Positions 48,144 through 57,829 of a DNA stretch of 64,000 nucleotides are shown one piece after another. The notes under the pieces are model-generated. The model was not told the DNA's origin and made no database searches. It saw nothing but the letters and a program-made list of their open reading frames with translations. The DNA lies in IMG/VR virus record IMGVR_UViG_3300042294_003246. One strand, given 5' to 3'. The stretch is from a virus. Taxonomy: Duplodnaviria; Caudoviricetes. Position 1 is the first letter of the stretch. Each line of letters starts with the position of its first letter. The position numbers and the translations under genes were made by a program.

Positions 48144-48396
48144 GTCTTATATAATGTCTTACTTAATAGATCACTTAAAAAAAGGGTCGGTTTTTATTTG
48201 TTGATATATTTAAAATTGTATGTCAAAAATAATAAACAAACCAAAAATAAGGGAATTCTATTCTTCGGGGATCTCAGAAGATACACTTAAGTTTAAGAAA
48301 TTCAAAAAAGTTATTAAACCCTCCGATAAGAAAAATGAGACAACCACAAAATAAACCTTTTTTTTCTTTTGACTATATTTATAATTAAAGTTCATT

Positions 48397-49083
48397 ATGA
48401 AAAAAATCGTTAGATTGAGTGAGTCAGATTTAACAAGAGTAGTTAGACGTGTAATAAACGAAGGGTTTTCAGATATCGATTGGACAAACATTTGGTTAAA
48501 ATTAAGAAGACTTTCTGAAAGTTTTCATTATCCTAATGATGACGGAATCATTTTTTCTTATGGGGGACTAGATTTTGAAATTTCAAAAGATGGGGATAGT
48601 TTGCATCTTATGGAATTTTATAGAAACCCAAGAGAGTGGGACTCAAAATATAGAGATGGAGAAGAAGTTTTGGAAAATTATTTTAATAAAATAAAAAAAT
48701 TTGTTGACGAGTTTAATGATAAATATGATTTCCCTTTTGAACTTATGTTTGAAATGGGACCACGATTTGAAATGATATTCTATTGTAATTTTGAAAATAA
48801 TCTATATGAGTCAAATATTACGTCGTCCGTTATTTCGATTTTAAACGAAGATCGTAGTAAAACAATTACAAAACCTAGTGGATTTGATAACTATAATAAA
48901 AAATGTAAAAATAAAACCAAAGGGATTTTTGACATTGTTTTAAATAAGGTTAGATTTTCATGTATGACAAGTGAGGATAATACAAACTCATTTAATTCAC
49001 GTGAATCAAATCCTTTTACGGGAAAAACCAGAGGAAATTATAATGTTAATGGAAATAATATTACATTATCAACCACCTTATAA
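48397..49083 (+). CDS. leader family protein, two modules
   Basis: MKKIVRLSESDLTRVVRRVINEG; internal NLYES, ILNED. Confidence 0.75.
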   Translation: MKKIVRLSESDLTRVVRRVINEGFSDIDWTNIWLKLRRLSESFHYPNDDGIIFSYGGLDFEISKDGDSLHLMEFYRNPREWDSKYRDGEEVLENYFNKIKKFVDEFNDKYDFPFELMFEMGPRFEMIFYCNFENNLYESNITSSVISILNEDRSKTITKPSGFDNYNKKCKNKTKGIFDIVLNKVRFSCMTSEDNTNSFNSRESNPFTGKTRGNYNVNGNNITLSTTL

Positions 49084-49115
49084 TTTATAATAATATTTAT
49101 AATTAAACAATTAGT

Positions 49116-49784
49116 ATGAAACATTTATTAAACGATTTATCTAACGAAGAAAAAAATAGAATTAGAGAACAATACGAAGGTAGTCTGTTAGTGAATACCT
49201 CAAGATTTAAAAAACTTTTGGAATCTCACCTTGGTAATGTTAAACCATTACTAACCGAAAATCCAACAGGTGACACTGGAAATCAAGAAGTCGTTGGTGG
49301 AGGAGGTCAAGGCTCACCACAGGATGTATATTCTGTAACCGCAAGAATCCAAAATCAGTGTAGACCCGAGGCAGTAACTGCCTATAAATCCGAAGCACAA
49401 CAAGCACCTCAATTTGCAACAACAAACAAAGCAGGTCTTCCAGTTAAAATTGATGAAAAAACAATTGAGTTTACAAAAAAATTATATGATGGTATGACAT
49501 ATAAAGGAAATATAAAATATAGATATAATTGTGTAGATTTGGATAATTCAGCTACCGCAGTTGGGTTGAATGTTAATGCCGCCAAACCTAATGAATTTAC
49601 CGCAGTTCCTGCTTGGGTTGGAAATTATAAAACTTCGGTTATAACTCAGGCAAATCCTAAGGGATTTTTAAGATCTTTTTGCGCATATGCTCTTACTGAT
49701 ATACCAACAATAAATAATGTGAATAAAAAGTTAGAATATTGTTGTAAGGATGGATCTGGAGCTCAATCAAGTGTTCCTTGTTAA
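49116..49784 (+). CDS. leader family protein
   Basis: LSNEEKNRIREQY...LLES...LLTEN. Confidence 0.72.
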   Translation: MKHLLNDLSNEEKNRIREQYEGSLLVNTSRFKKLLESHLGNVKPLLTENPTGDTGNQEVVGGGGQGSPQDVYSVTARIQNQCRPEAVTAYKSEAQQAPQFATTNKAGLPVKIDEKTIEFTKKLYDGMTYKGNIKYRYNCVDLDNSATAVGLNVNAAKPNEFTAVPAWVGNYKTSVITQANPKGFLRSFCAYALTDIPTINNVNKKLEYCCKDGSGAQSSVPC

Positions 49785-49813
49785 AAAAATATTGTGAATT
49801 AAAAAATAATAAC

Positions 49814-50164
49814 ATGTATCTCAACAAAAGAAAAACACAAAACATACAAAAATCTAATCTTATCTTAGAACAGAGATATTTGAAGGAACAAGCCCCGCCG
49901 CCACCTGCACCTCCTGCCGCTCCGGCACCTGCCGCTCCAGCGGATTCACCTACCACACCATCTAGTAGTTCAACAAGAACTCCAATTAAACCTATGGTAA
50001 AAGCATCAGGACCAAAATCAATTAAAGGTAATGATGGTAAAGTTATTGAATGGGAAAAACAGACTGAAGATCAGAAAAAAAATGTTGCAACTAAATGTGG
50101 TCACAAATCCGTGGACGAATATGAAAAGTCTGAATGGAAATGTGCGGTCCAAGAGGTTAAATAA
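49814..50164 (+). CDS. leader family protein with Pro/Ala linker
   Basis: NLILEQRYLKEQ then APPPPAPPAAPAPAAP; ATG 49814. Confidence 0.68.
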   Translation: MYLNKRKTQNIQKSNLILEQRYLKEQAPPPPAPPAAPAPAAPADSPTTPSSSSTRTPIKPMVKASGPKSIKGNDGKVIEWEKQTEDQKKNVATKCGHKSVDEYEKSEWKCAVQEVK

Positions 50165-50221
50165 TTTTTTCATTATTTAAAGAATTTTACATTTATAAAA
50201 CTATTTATAAAAAAAAGTTTT

Positions 50222-51130
50222 ATGAAAAAGAATTTATTTGTATTATCGGAAAATGAAAAAAATCGGATTTTAAACATGCACAAATCCGCAACTAAACAAA
50301 ATTATGTTTTTGAACAAGCCGCACCGGTTGTAGATCCCAATAAACCAAATGTAGATGCTGTTACAGGAAACCAAGGAACTCCTGTTGTAGGAGCGGTTAC
50401 ACCTCAATCCTCAGTGTCTAATATCCCAACACAAACAGCACCAGCGGCAGGAGCGACTCCAGCGGCAGGAGCGACCCCAGCGGCAGGAGCAACACCCGAT
50501 AAAAAAACAATAATGTTACATGATCTTGATTATGATTATAAAAAAGAAGGTGACAAATACTTCTTTAAAATTAAGGCGGACGCTGTATCACCAAATTTAC
50601 AAAAACTTTTCAAACAGGGTAAGTTCAAAGATTTTACAGAGGCTAAACCAGGAACTAAATCATTTGACGCCATCAGCAAACTTAATTGGGCTAAAGGAGA
50701 TAAACTTGATGTAAAACCGGCGTCCTCAATGAAAGTATCGTCACCTAGTTTAACCGCATCTCCACAAGGAGGTGCTGCACCCGCAGCCGGATCAAACTCA
50801 ACAACATTACAAGACCCTGTTGGAGAAGCAAAAAAACTTATGCCAAATATTAGTTCATTAGATCCTGCGAAACAAAAAGAAGTTGCCACATGGTCAAAAT
50901 CACCGGCAGGAGAGTATATTCTAAAACTTCCGCCAGATCAGAGAGAAAAGGCTTTAGATAATTTAGAAAAGAAAAGTGGTGATCAAACAACAAAGGCATT
51001 AAAATCAGATATTAGAACCGCACTTGGAATGGCTGCCGACACGGCATTTCAAAGATTAGGTCAAGGAATAAAAGGAGCGGTTGCTGGATTCAAAGCAGGA
51101 GCTCAAGGACAACAACCACCAACAGCCTAA
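50222..51130 (+). CDS. leader family protein, low complexity
   Basis: LSENEKNRILNMH...VFEQ; PAAGAT x3. Confidence 0.75.
   Translation: MKKNLFVLSENEKNRILNMHKSATKQNYVFEQAAPVVDPNKPNVDAVTGNQGTPVVGAVTPQSSVSNIPTQTAPAAGATPAAGATPAAGATPDKKTIMLHDLDYDYKKEGDKYFFKIKADAVSPNLQKLFKQGKFKDFTEAKPGTKSFDAISKLNWAKGDKLDVKPASSMKVSSPSLTASPQGGAAPAAGSNSTTLQDPVGEAKKLMPNISSLDPAKQKEVATWSKSPAGEYILKLPPDQREKALDNLEKKSGDQTTKALKSDIRTALGMAADTAFQRLGQGIKGAVAGFKAGAQGQQPPTA
50441..50494 (+). repeat. 18-bp tandem repeat x3 (PAAGAT)
   Basis: CCAGCGGCAGGAGCRACN three times. Confidence 0.9.
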
Positions 51131-51137
51131 TTAGGGT

Positions 51138-51620
51138 ATGAAAAGACTTATAATTACAGAAGACGAAAAAAAAAGAATCAAACTTCTTTATGAGCAATCA
51201 ACTTTTGTGAAAGATATGGCAAAAACTTTTAACTCATCTGAGGAATCTTTTTTGCCGTTGGATTGGTCGACTTTGGAAAAAACCGATCCTAAAAGGGCTG
51301 AGTATGGTCAAAATTTATCTAAAGTAAAAACCGCGTTTCAAAACTTCACAAATAAGGCGTGGAATGGTAAAACTGATATTTCAAAAACTATATCATATTT
51401 ACAAAACTATAATATCGATAATAAATACCAAAAACGATGGTTAGATTCCGCAGTTAAAACTTTACAACATTTACAAAACCAAATAAAAAGTAGCGATAAC
51501 ACCCAAAGTAAAACTAATACTACCACAACAAATACCACAACTAATTCTACAAACGTAACAACACCATCGTTTTCGGATTGGAGATCAAAATTAAATCAAC
51601 AGTTTGGCATAAATTCATAA
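51138..51620 (+). CDS. leader family protein
   Basis: MKRLIITEDEKKRIKLLYEQ. Confidence 0.72.
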   Translation: MKRLIITEDEKKRIKLLYEQSTFVKDMAKTFNSSEESFLPLDWSTLEKTDPKRAEYGQNLSKVKTAFQNFTNKAWNGKTDISKTISYLQNYNIDNKYQKRWLDSAVKTLQHLQNQIKSSDNTQSKTNTTTTNTTTNSTNVTTPSFSDWRSKLNQQFGINS

Positions 51621-51624
51621 AATA

Positions 51625-52101
51625 ATGTTTACCATCAAAAAAAGAAACTTATTAAATCTCATAAGTGAATCTTCTAATTACGTTTCCGACATTTACACAG
51701 AAGAAAAATTAAGACGAGTTAATAAGATAATTAAAGACATGGTTTTTACTTTCGAAGGTCAACTTTCAATAGGTCTCGATTGGAAAGCAAAATTTGATTA
51801 TCAGTTTCAAATCAAAGGGGTTAGACAAATGATCTCAGTTGGTGAATTATATGATTATTTAATGGTTGATGTTACAATTATTGATGGAGATAAAATGTTT
51901 TTGGTTTCTGCTAAATTGATGGGGTCTTCAATTACTAATGAATATCGACTCAAAAATAATTTATCAACTAGTATATCCGAAGAACTCCAATACTTTTTTG
52001 GTTCAGATTATGTTAGAGTAACATTAGATAAAGACAAAAGTTCAATAAAACTAAGTGACGAACTAAAGGAAAAAATAGATAACTTTATTTTTGAAAGATA
52101 A
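51625..52101 (+). CDS. hypothetical protein, possible leader
   Basis: NLLNLISES. Confidence 0.65.
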   Translation: MFTIKKRNLLNLISESSNYVSDIYTEEKLRRVNKIIKDMVFTFEGQLSIGLDWKAKFDYQFQIKGVRQMISVGELYDYLMVDVTIIDGDKMFLVSAKLMGSSITNEYRLKNNLSTSISEELQYFFGSDYVRVTLDKDKSSIKLSDELKEKIDNFIFER

Positions 52102-52124
52102 AAAAAAATGAAGTATTTATTAAT

Positions 52125-52469
52125 ATGAAAAATAATTTAACAGAATCAGACATCAATAGAATCGTATTTGATGTTATAAATGAATCTGAAGAAGTAAAAG
52201 AAGGTTGGTTTAGTAATTTGTTTAAAGATAAATATACAATTTACTCGGAGGAGCTTGAAGAAATAATGCAAGATTTAATCAAAAACGTTTACTCCGATCG
52301 AGATATTATTTCCAACATCAAAGAACTATATTCCAAAATTCAAAGTTCTGATATGGATAGAAGAGACAAGAGAGAATTACTCGAAATAATGTATGAACTT
52401 TATCAGTTGATAAATGAAACTCAAACAAAGGTAAATCGATATATTCATAGATTACAACGATTAAGATAA
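52125..52469 (+). CDS. leader family protein
   Basis: MKNNLTESDINRIVFDVINES. Confidence 0.72.
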   Translation: MKNNLTESDINRIVFDVINESEEVKEGWFSNLFKDKYTIYSEELEEIMQDLIKNVYSDRDIISNIKELYSKIQSSDMDRRDKRELLEIMYELYQLINETQTKVNRYIHRLQRLR

Positions 52470-52474
52470 ATATT

Positions 52475-52945
52475 GTGAAACCATATCAAAAATATTCTGA
52501 TAGAGCACTCATACCGATTCTCAAAGACATTATTGAATCTTTAGAATCCAATAATATGTATTTGGAAGATATAGATGATGTTAATCATAACCTTGGAGAG
52601 TTGTCAGAAATTATAACAGATGAATTAACTTCTTACTTTACAAATGTTGATTTTGAAGATGTGACATTTTTTATGGCACTTATAATAATGAATGATGATT
52701 TCGAATCGCCTCTCAAAAGGCCTGAGTTAAGAACATTTGAAATTACTCATGTTTATCAAAGGGTGGAAACGGTAAATTATACTTATAGAAATGAGATGAA
52801 AAGTTTCATACCATTAGATAATTCCATTTTAGGTGAATTACAAAGTAGTGGTGAATATGAACCATTTGAAGGTGAATCAATTGACGAAGACACTGTTGAT
52901 GGTGATTATGGTGATGATTGGATAGAACATATTGAAGAAATCTAA
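52475..52945 (+). CDS. acidic hypothetical protein
   Basis: GTG start; operon context. Confidence 0.62.
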   Translation: MKPYQKYSDRALIPILKDIIESLESNNMYLEDIDDVNHNLGELSEIITDELTSYFTNVDFEDVTFFMALIIMNDDFESPLKRPELRTFEITHVYQRVETVNYTYRNEMKSFIPLDNSILGELQSSGEYEPFEGESIDEDTVDGDYGDDWIEHIEEI

Positions 52946-52965
52946 AAATTTTCTATATTTGTATT

Positions 52966-53280
52966 GTGAAAAAAGCAAGTTCCAGTTTATTTGATTTGGT
53001 CTATGGAGACCTTATACCCGTAGAGTCAACGATATTTGGTAAAATGTGTTTTATCTTTTACACGGTGGAGGAGGACTTAAAATCTAAAATCTTATATTAC
53101 CCCTCCACTAAAGAAGTTAAGACTCTTAGATCCCTTGAAATTGAGTTCTCAGAGTTTATACCACTTCATAGAGATGAGTTTATAAAACAATTTTCAGAAT
53201 GGATGAGATCAAGATACTCTGACGAAATGATTTTTAGAGGGGTTGAGTATGTGGATTTTTTAGAAGAATTACTTGTGTGA
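52966..53280 (+). CDS. hypothetical protein
   Basis: TATATTTGTATTGTG start context, identical to uvrC. Confidence 0.62.
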   Translation: MKKASSSLFDLVYGDLIPVESTIFGKMCFIFYTVEEDLKSKILYYPSTKEVKTLRSLEIEFSEFIPLHRDEFIKQFSEWMRSRYSDEMIFRGVEYVDFLEELLV

Positions 53281-53291
53281 TATTTATTTAT

Positions 53292-53633
53292 ATGAAAATC
53301 AACGAAGAATTAAACCAAATCAAATATCTTTTAGAGTATAAAAGAGGACAAGAAATTAACGAAATGGTTTTTTCTAATTTACCCGGTGTTCAGCCTGATA
53401 AAATGGATTATAGAAGACCAATACCTGATCCTGATATTATACCTGATTGTTTTACTCAAATGTTAAAATCAGATTTAAACATGGTTTCTTTTGATAAAAA
53501 CACGTTAAAAGATGAATCACAAAAAAGAGTTAATGGTGTTGATATGATTTTTAATCCTGATAGTCCATCTGACGAATTGGGTATTACAATAATAAAAGAT
53601 GGAAAACCTTTTTGTTTTGTAAAAAAATTTTAA
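53292..53633 (+). CDS. leader family protein
   Basis: MKINEELNQIKYLL...EINE; TATTTATT at 53281-88. Confidence 0.7.
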   Translation: MKINEELNQIKYLLEYKRGQEINEMVFSNLPGVQPDKMDYRRPIPDPDIIPDCFTQMLKSDLNMVSFDKNTLKDESQKRVNGVDMIFNPDSPSDELGITIIKDGKPFCFVKKF

Positions 53634-53685
53634 AAAAAAATAGTTTTTTATCTGAAATCAAATATTTATAAACAAAACAAAAATT

Positions 53686-54198
53686 ATGGGAAGAAAAATT
53701 AGACTTACAGAATCTGAATTTCATTCTTTAGTAAGAAGACTTGTTCGTGAGGCTGAAGAAGAAATGATGTCAATTACAATGGATGATGAAGAATCCGAAG
53801 GAATGTCAAAAGAAGACACCGTTCATGCGGTTGCTGACTTCTTTAAAAGAAAATTAAGAAGATTAGATAGTGACGAAATCGAAGAACTTGAGGATATGGT
53901 TGTTAATTCTGAAACAGAAGATCTAACTGAAATGTTTTTAAGAGAAGACATTTCTGATAGAAAAAAATCTTTTAAAGAAAAGGCAATGATTCGTGGTGGA
54001 ATTGGTATGATGGGAGCAGGAATACTTGGAATGATTAGTCAAGCAATGGGTTATACTGATGCTGGAGACCTTATGATTGCGGTTCACGATTACGTTGACA
54101 AAATGGGTGGTGGTCCTGTGAGCACCGCAGTATTAATTGCTGGTTTAGTTATGGCACTTAAAGGTGCTGCTGACAGAGGCCTTAGAACAGGAAGATAA
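53686..54198 (+). CDS. leader family protein with hydrophobic C-terminus
   Basis: MGRKIRLTESEFHSLVRRLVREA; two Gly-rich hydrophobic segments. Confidence 0.72.
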   Translation: MGRKIRLTESEFHSLVRRLVREAEEEMMSITMDDEESEGMSKEDTVHAVADFFKRKLRRLDSDEIEELEDMVVNSETEDLTEMFLREDISDRKKSFKEKAMIRGGIGMMGAGILGMISQAMGYTDAGDLMIAVHDYVDKMGGGPVSTAVLIAGLVMALKGAADRGLRTGR

Positions 54199-54200
54199 TA

Positions 54201-54229
54201 AAATCCCCTCTATAAAGAGGGGTTTTTTT
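54201..54229. terminator. bidirectional terminator
   Basis: AAATCCCCTC-TATAAA-GAGGGGTTTT between convergent genes. Confidence 0.85.
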
Positions 54230-54554
54230 ATTTCTTTTCTTTAAGATGTTCTTGTAAGATTTCAATAATCTGATCGATTTCTTCTTTTTCCTTTTTGTCC
54301 GAAGACTTAAAGTTTGTCGTTTTATAAAGTATTTCCCAATAAAAAATGTAATGTAACAGAAACATTATTAACAGGGAATTATACGAAACTCCAAAAAAGA
54401 ATAAAAAAGTCCCACCAAAAGTTAAAATCGTATATAAAAAATAATATAACTCTGAGTTTGTAAAAGACAAAAACTTATATTGTCTAATTATTTTTTTTAA
54501 CTTTTCTTTTGGTAGGTCTTTGTATAAATCAACCTCTTCTCTTAATTTTGACAT
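54228..54554 (-). CDS. membrane protein
   Basis: Two hydrophobic segments; both promoter motifs upstream. Confidence 0.68.
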   Translation of the reverse strand: MSKLREEVDLYKDLPKEKLKKIIRQYKFLSFTNSELYYFLYTILTFGGTFLFFFGVSYNSLLIMFLLHYIFYWEILYKTTNFKSSDKKEKEEIDQIIEILQEHLKEKK

Positions 54555-54619
54555 ATCAATAAATATTTTAGTTATCCTGTATTACTACAAAGATAAATAA
54601 AAATAATTGATATAAAAAA

Positions 54620-55045
54620 TTAATTTACAGAAACAAGTTCTAAATCAAAAATTAATTTTTTTCCTGCCAATGGGTGATTAGCGTCCAAAACAACATTAGT
54701 TTCGTTTACTTCTTTAACCATAACATTCATAGGTCCTTGTTGTGTCATAGTTTGTAACATTTGGCCTACCTCAACATTTTCAGGAACTCTGTCTTTTGGA
54801 ACCTCAACAACTAAATCTTCTCTAAGATCCCCATATGCTTCAGTATGATCCATCTCAATAGTTTTTTTATCACCTTCTTTCATACCCAAAAGACCTTTTT
54901 CAAAACCAGGAATTAAAGAACCTTGACCCAAAGTTGCCGATAATGGTTCACGACCTTCCATTAATGAAGTGTCAAAAACAGATCCATCTTCTAATTTTCC
55001 CGTGTAATTAACAGTCACGGTGCTGTTTACCTCAACAATTTTCAT
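54620..55045 (-). CDS. FKBP-type peptidyl-prolyl isomerase (SlyD/SlpA-like)
   Basis: YTGKLEDGSVFDTS, LIPGFEKGL, EAYG, LDANHPLAGK. Confidence 0.93.
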   Translation of the reverse strand: MKIVEVNSTVTVNYTGKLEDGSVFDTSLMEGREPLSATLGQGSLIPGFEKGLLGMKEGDKKTIEMDHTEAYGDLREDLVVEVPKDRVPENVEVGQMLQTMTQQGPMNVMVKEVNETNVVLDANHPLAGKKLIFDLELVSVN

Positions 55046-55105
55046 AAATTTTTTTTTCTAATCATAAAACAAAAAAATGTTTTTGTAAAACTATATTTAT
55101 AATAT

Positions 55106-55300
55106 ATGTTAGATTTTTTAAAACATTTATATTTAACTCTTATAAATAAATACGGATCCTTTATGTGGTTTGGAGTCCATATGGGAGTGACACAAGTTGA
55201 TTGGCATTGGTTTTTAGAATTTTTTTTGTGCGTGTTGATTAATTCCATGGTTTTACATACAATTTACCTTGAGTGGAAAGATGCGAAGTCCAAAAATTAG
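55106..55300 (+). CDS. small membrane protein
   Basis: Hydrophobic; TATTTATA at 55094-55101. Confidence 0.55.
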   Translation: MLDFLKHLYLTLINKYGSFMWFGVHMGVTQVDWHWFLEFFLCVLINSMVLHTIYLEWKDAKSKN

Positions 55301-55363
55301 CATTTATATTGATTGGACTTTTATTCAATAACAACTTAACAAGATAAATAACGTATTTAAATT

Positions 55364-57814
55364 ATGAAACACATTTTATTTTTATTTTTATTCCCCCTTT
55401 TTATTTATTCTCAGTATTGTCCTTATATTGGACCTGACTTAACTTTACCTTGTGGTGTAAACTCAACAACGTTAACTGCTGATCCATCACAATGTGGTCA
55501 AGGAGCCCTTCCTCAAGGAACCTCTAATTACGGAGTTACTAACATACCTTATGTTGTACAAGTTAATAACGGAACATTGGTACAACTTAGTGATGATTCA
55601 CAATCTAATACGTTTAATATTGGGTTTACTTTTTGTTTTTACGGTTCTAATTATACACAGTTTCGTATAGGATCAAATGGATGGATTTCGTTGGGTGCTG
55701 GAGTTCAACCAGCCACTTTTGCCACTCAAGCAATACCTTCAGCAAATGCCGCAGTTCCCAAAAATTGTATTATGGGTCCGTGGCAAGATTGGAATCCAAG
55801 TTTAGGGGGTCAAATTAGATATCAAGTACAAGGAACTGCCCCTTGTCGTAAATTAGTAGTCAGTTGGATAGGTGTTCCTATGTTTTCTTGTACAAACCTT
55901 CAGGGAACTTTTCATATTATTCTTTACGAATCAACTAACGTGATTGAAAATCATATTGCAAATAAACCCGCATGTAATCAATGGGCAGGAGGAACCGCAG
56001 TTCAGGGTATTCACAACCTTTTAGGAAATGCGGCAGTTCCTGTTGCAGGTAGAAACTCAACACAATGGACCACTGTTAACAATGCTTATCGTTGGACGCC
56101 AAGTGGAGGTGTAATTCAGCCAACATGGACTTGGTATCAGGTTGGAAACCCTAACCCAATTGGTACGGGATTGAGTATTACTGTTACTCCTCCAATCGGA
56201 GGAGCTTATTATACCTGCCAACCAGTGTTCCCTTCTTGTAATGCTGGTTGGTCCTCTTGTAACGCAGGAGTTGGACAAGGTCCTGATACAATTTTAGTAA
56301 CACCAACACCAAATTTACCACCTCCCACAATTACTCCAACAGATCCTTTGTGTAATAATGGTTGTAATGGATCAATAGTTGTAACTCCTGTTGGCGGATT
56401 AGGTCCTTATATTATCAATTGGTCTAATGGGTCAAACACTCTAACATTAAATAATTTGTGTTCAGGGACATATAATTTCTCTTTGACCGATGCAAATGGG
56501 TGTGTATATAACGGAACTTCAACTTTATTAAACCCACCACCATTACAATTACCAACAGTAACGTCAACTAACCCAACTTGTTTTGGTTATTGTGACGGAT
56601 CATCAATTGTTAATCCTATAGATGGACTTGCACCATACACATATCTTTGGAATGATGGTCAAACCACTCAAACGGCAACTAATTTATGTTCGGGAAACTA
56701 TTCTGTGACTGTTACAGACGCAAATAACTGTCCTGTAACTCAAACCACAACGTTAGTTGATCCTCCACTTGTAACAATTAACCCGATTACAGGATCAGAC
56801 ACAGTTTGTTTTAACTCTACAGGTAATTTATACAACGTCTCAAGTGTTTTTCCTAACCTAAACTACGTATGGACTAACACGATGGGAAATATCTCGTCAG
56901 GACAAGGGACAAATCAAATAAATTTGGACGTAACTGGTGTGAATGGGGGTCTATATTCCAATACTTTATCAGTTATTGGTGTAAATCAAGTTGGATGTCA
57001 GTCACAACCTCAAACTTTTTCTATTGTTGTATTGAATATACTACCTGTAATTACACCTATCGGTCCGTTTTGTGAATATGACAACTGTATTAACTTAATT
57101 GCAACCCCACCTAATGGAATTTTCAGTGGATTAAACGTTTGGGGTAATCAATATTGTCCTGACAATGGGTTTATTGGGTTAGATTTTGTAAATTATATGT
57201 ATTCTCAGTCAGGATGTTGGTTTGATACGTCAATTAACGTTCAAGTTTATCCACGACCTAACATTTTACCTGTGACAAATGGTGTTGTTGATGAGAATTT
57301 AGAGTATCATCAAATATGTGAGGGTGATACTGTATCAGATGTGTTTAGTTTATCATCAGTTAGTGGTGGATATAACGAATGGTATGTGTTTGGGGATACA
57401 ATTACTAACAATACGTTAAATATAACGTGGGATATGGACGGTATATTCACTTTTCAGGGAGTAAGATGGGACAATGGGTGTGTTTCTAACCCCCAATCCT
57501 TCACCATAACCTTAGAATTGTGTCCAAATGAGATATTTTACATCCCAAATGCCTTTACACCCGATGGTGATGAAAGAAATAACATATTAAAACCAATAAT
57601 CACCTCAGGAGTGGACATTTTTAACTACTCTTTTGTGGTTTTTAATAGGTGGGGACAGATTGTATGGGAATCTTTTAATACCAATGTGGGTTGGGATGGG
57701 ACATATAACAATATTCCTTGTCAAGATGGGGTTTATACGTGGAAATTAAAATTTAAAAGTCCCAAAACCGATGAAATCAAAGAATTTTACGGTAGTTTTA
57801 CGCTTATTAAGTAA
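55364..57814 (+). CDS. secreted adhesin-like protein: SprB repeats, PKD-like domains, T9SS type B C-terminal domain
   Basis: Signal peptide ending IYS-Q; YSVTVTDANNC; IPNAFTPDGD, FNRWG, WDGTYN, DGVYTW. Confidence 0.9.
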   Translation: MKHILFLFLFPLFIYSQYCPYIGPDLTLPCGVNSTTLTADPSQCGQGALPQGTSNYGVTNIPYVVQVNNGTLVQLSDDSQSNTFNIGFTFCFYGSNYTQFRIGSNGWISLGAGVQPATFATQAIPSANAAVPKNCIMGPWQDWNPSLGGQIRYQVQGTAPCRKLVVSWIGVPMFSCTNLQGTFHIILYESTNVIENHIANKPACNQWAGGTAVQGIHNLLGNAAVPVAGRNSTQWTTVNNAYRWTPSGGVIQPTWTWYQVGNPNPIGTGLSITVTPPIGGAYYTCQPVFPSCNAGWSSCNAGVGQGPDTILVTPTPNLPPPTITPTDPLCNNGCNGSIVVTPVGGLGPYIINWSNGSNTLTLNNLCSGTYNFSLTDANGCVYNGTSTLLNPPPLQLPTVTSTNPTCFGYCDGSSIVNPIDGLAPYTYLWNDGQTTQTATNLCSGNYSVTVTDANNCPVTQTTTLVDPPLVTINPITGSDTVCFNSTGNLYNVSSVFPNLNYVWTNTMGNISSGQGTNQINLDVTGVNGGLYSNTLSVIGVNQVGCQSQPQTFSIVVLNILPVITPIGPFCEYDNCINLIATPPNGIFSGLNVWGNQYCPDNGFIGLDFVNYMYSQSGCWFDTSINVQVYPRPNILPVTNGVVDENLEYHQICEGDTVSDVFSLSSVSGGYNEWYVFGDTITNNTLNITWDMDGIFTFQGVRWDNGCVSNPQSFTITLELCPNEIFYIPNAFTPDGDERNNILKPIITSGVDIFNYSFVVFNRWGQIVWESFNTNVGWDGTYNNIPCQDGVYTWKLKFKSPKTDEIKEFYGSFTLIK

Positions 57815-57829
57815 TAGATATTTATTTAT

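Noticed and set aside
45007-54217. 16-bp match AATCCCCTCTATAAAG at 45007 and 54202
   Set aside because: The second copy is simply a terminator arm; one short match is not enough to infer a link.
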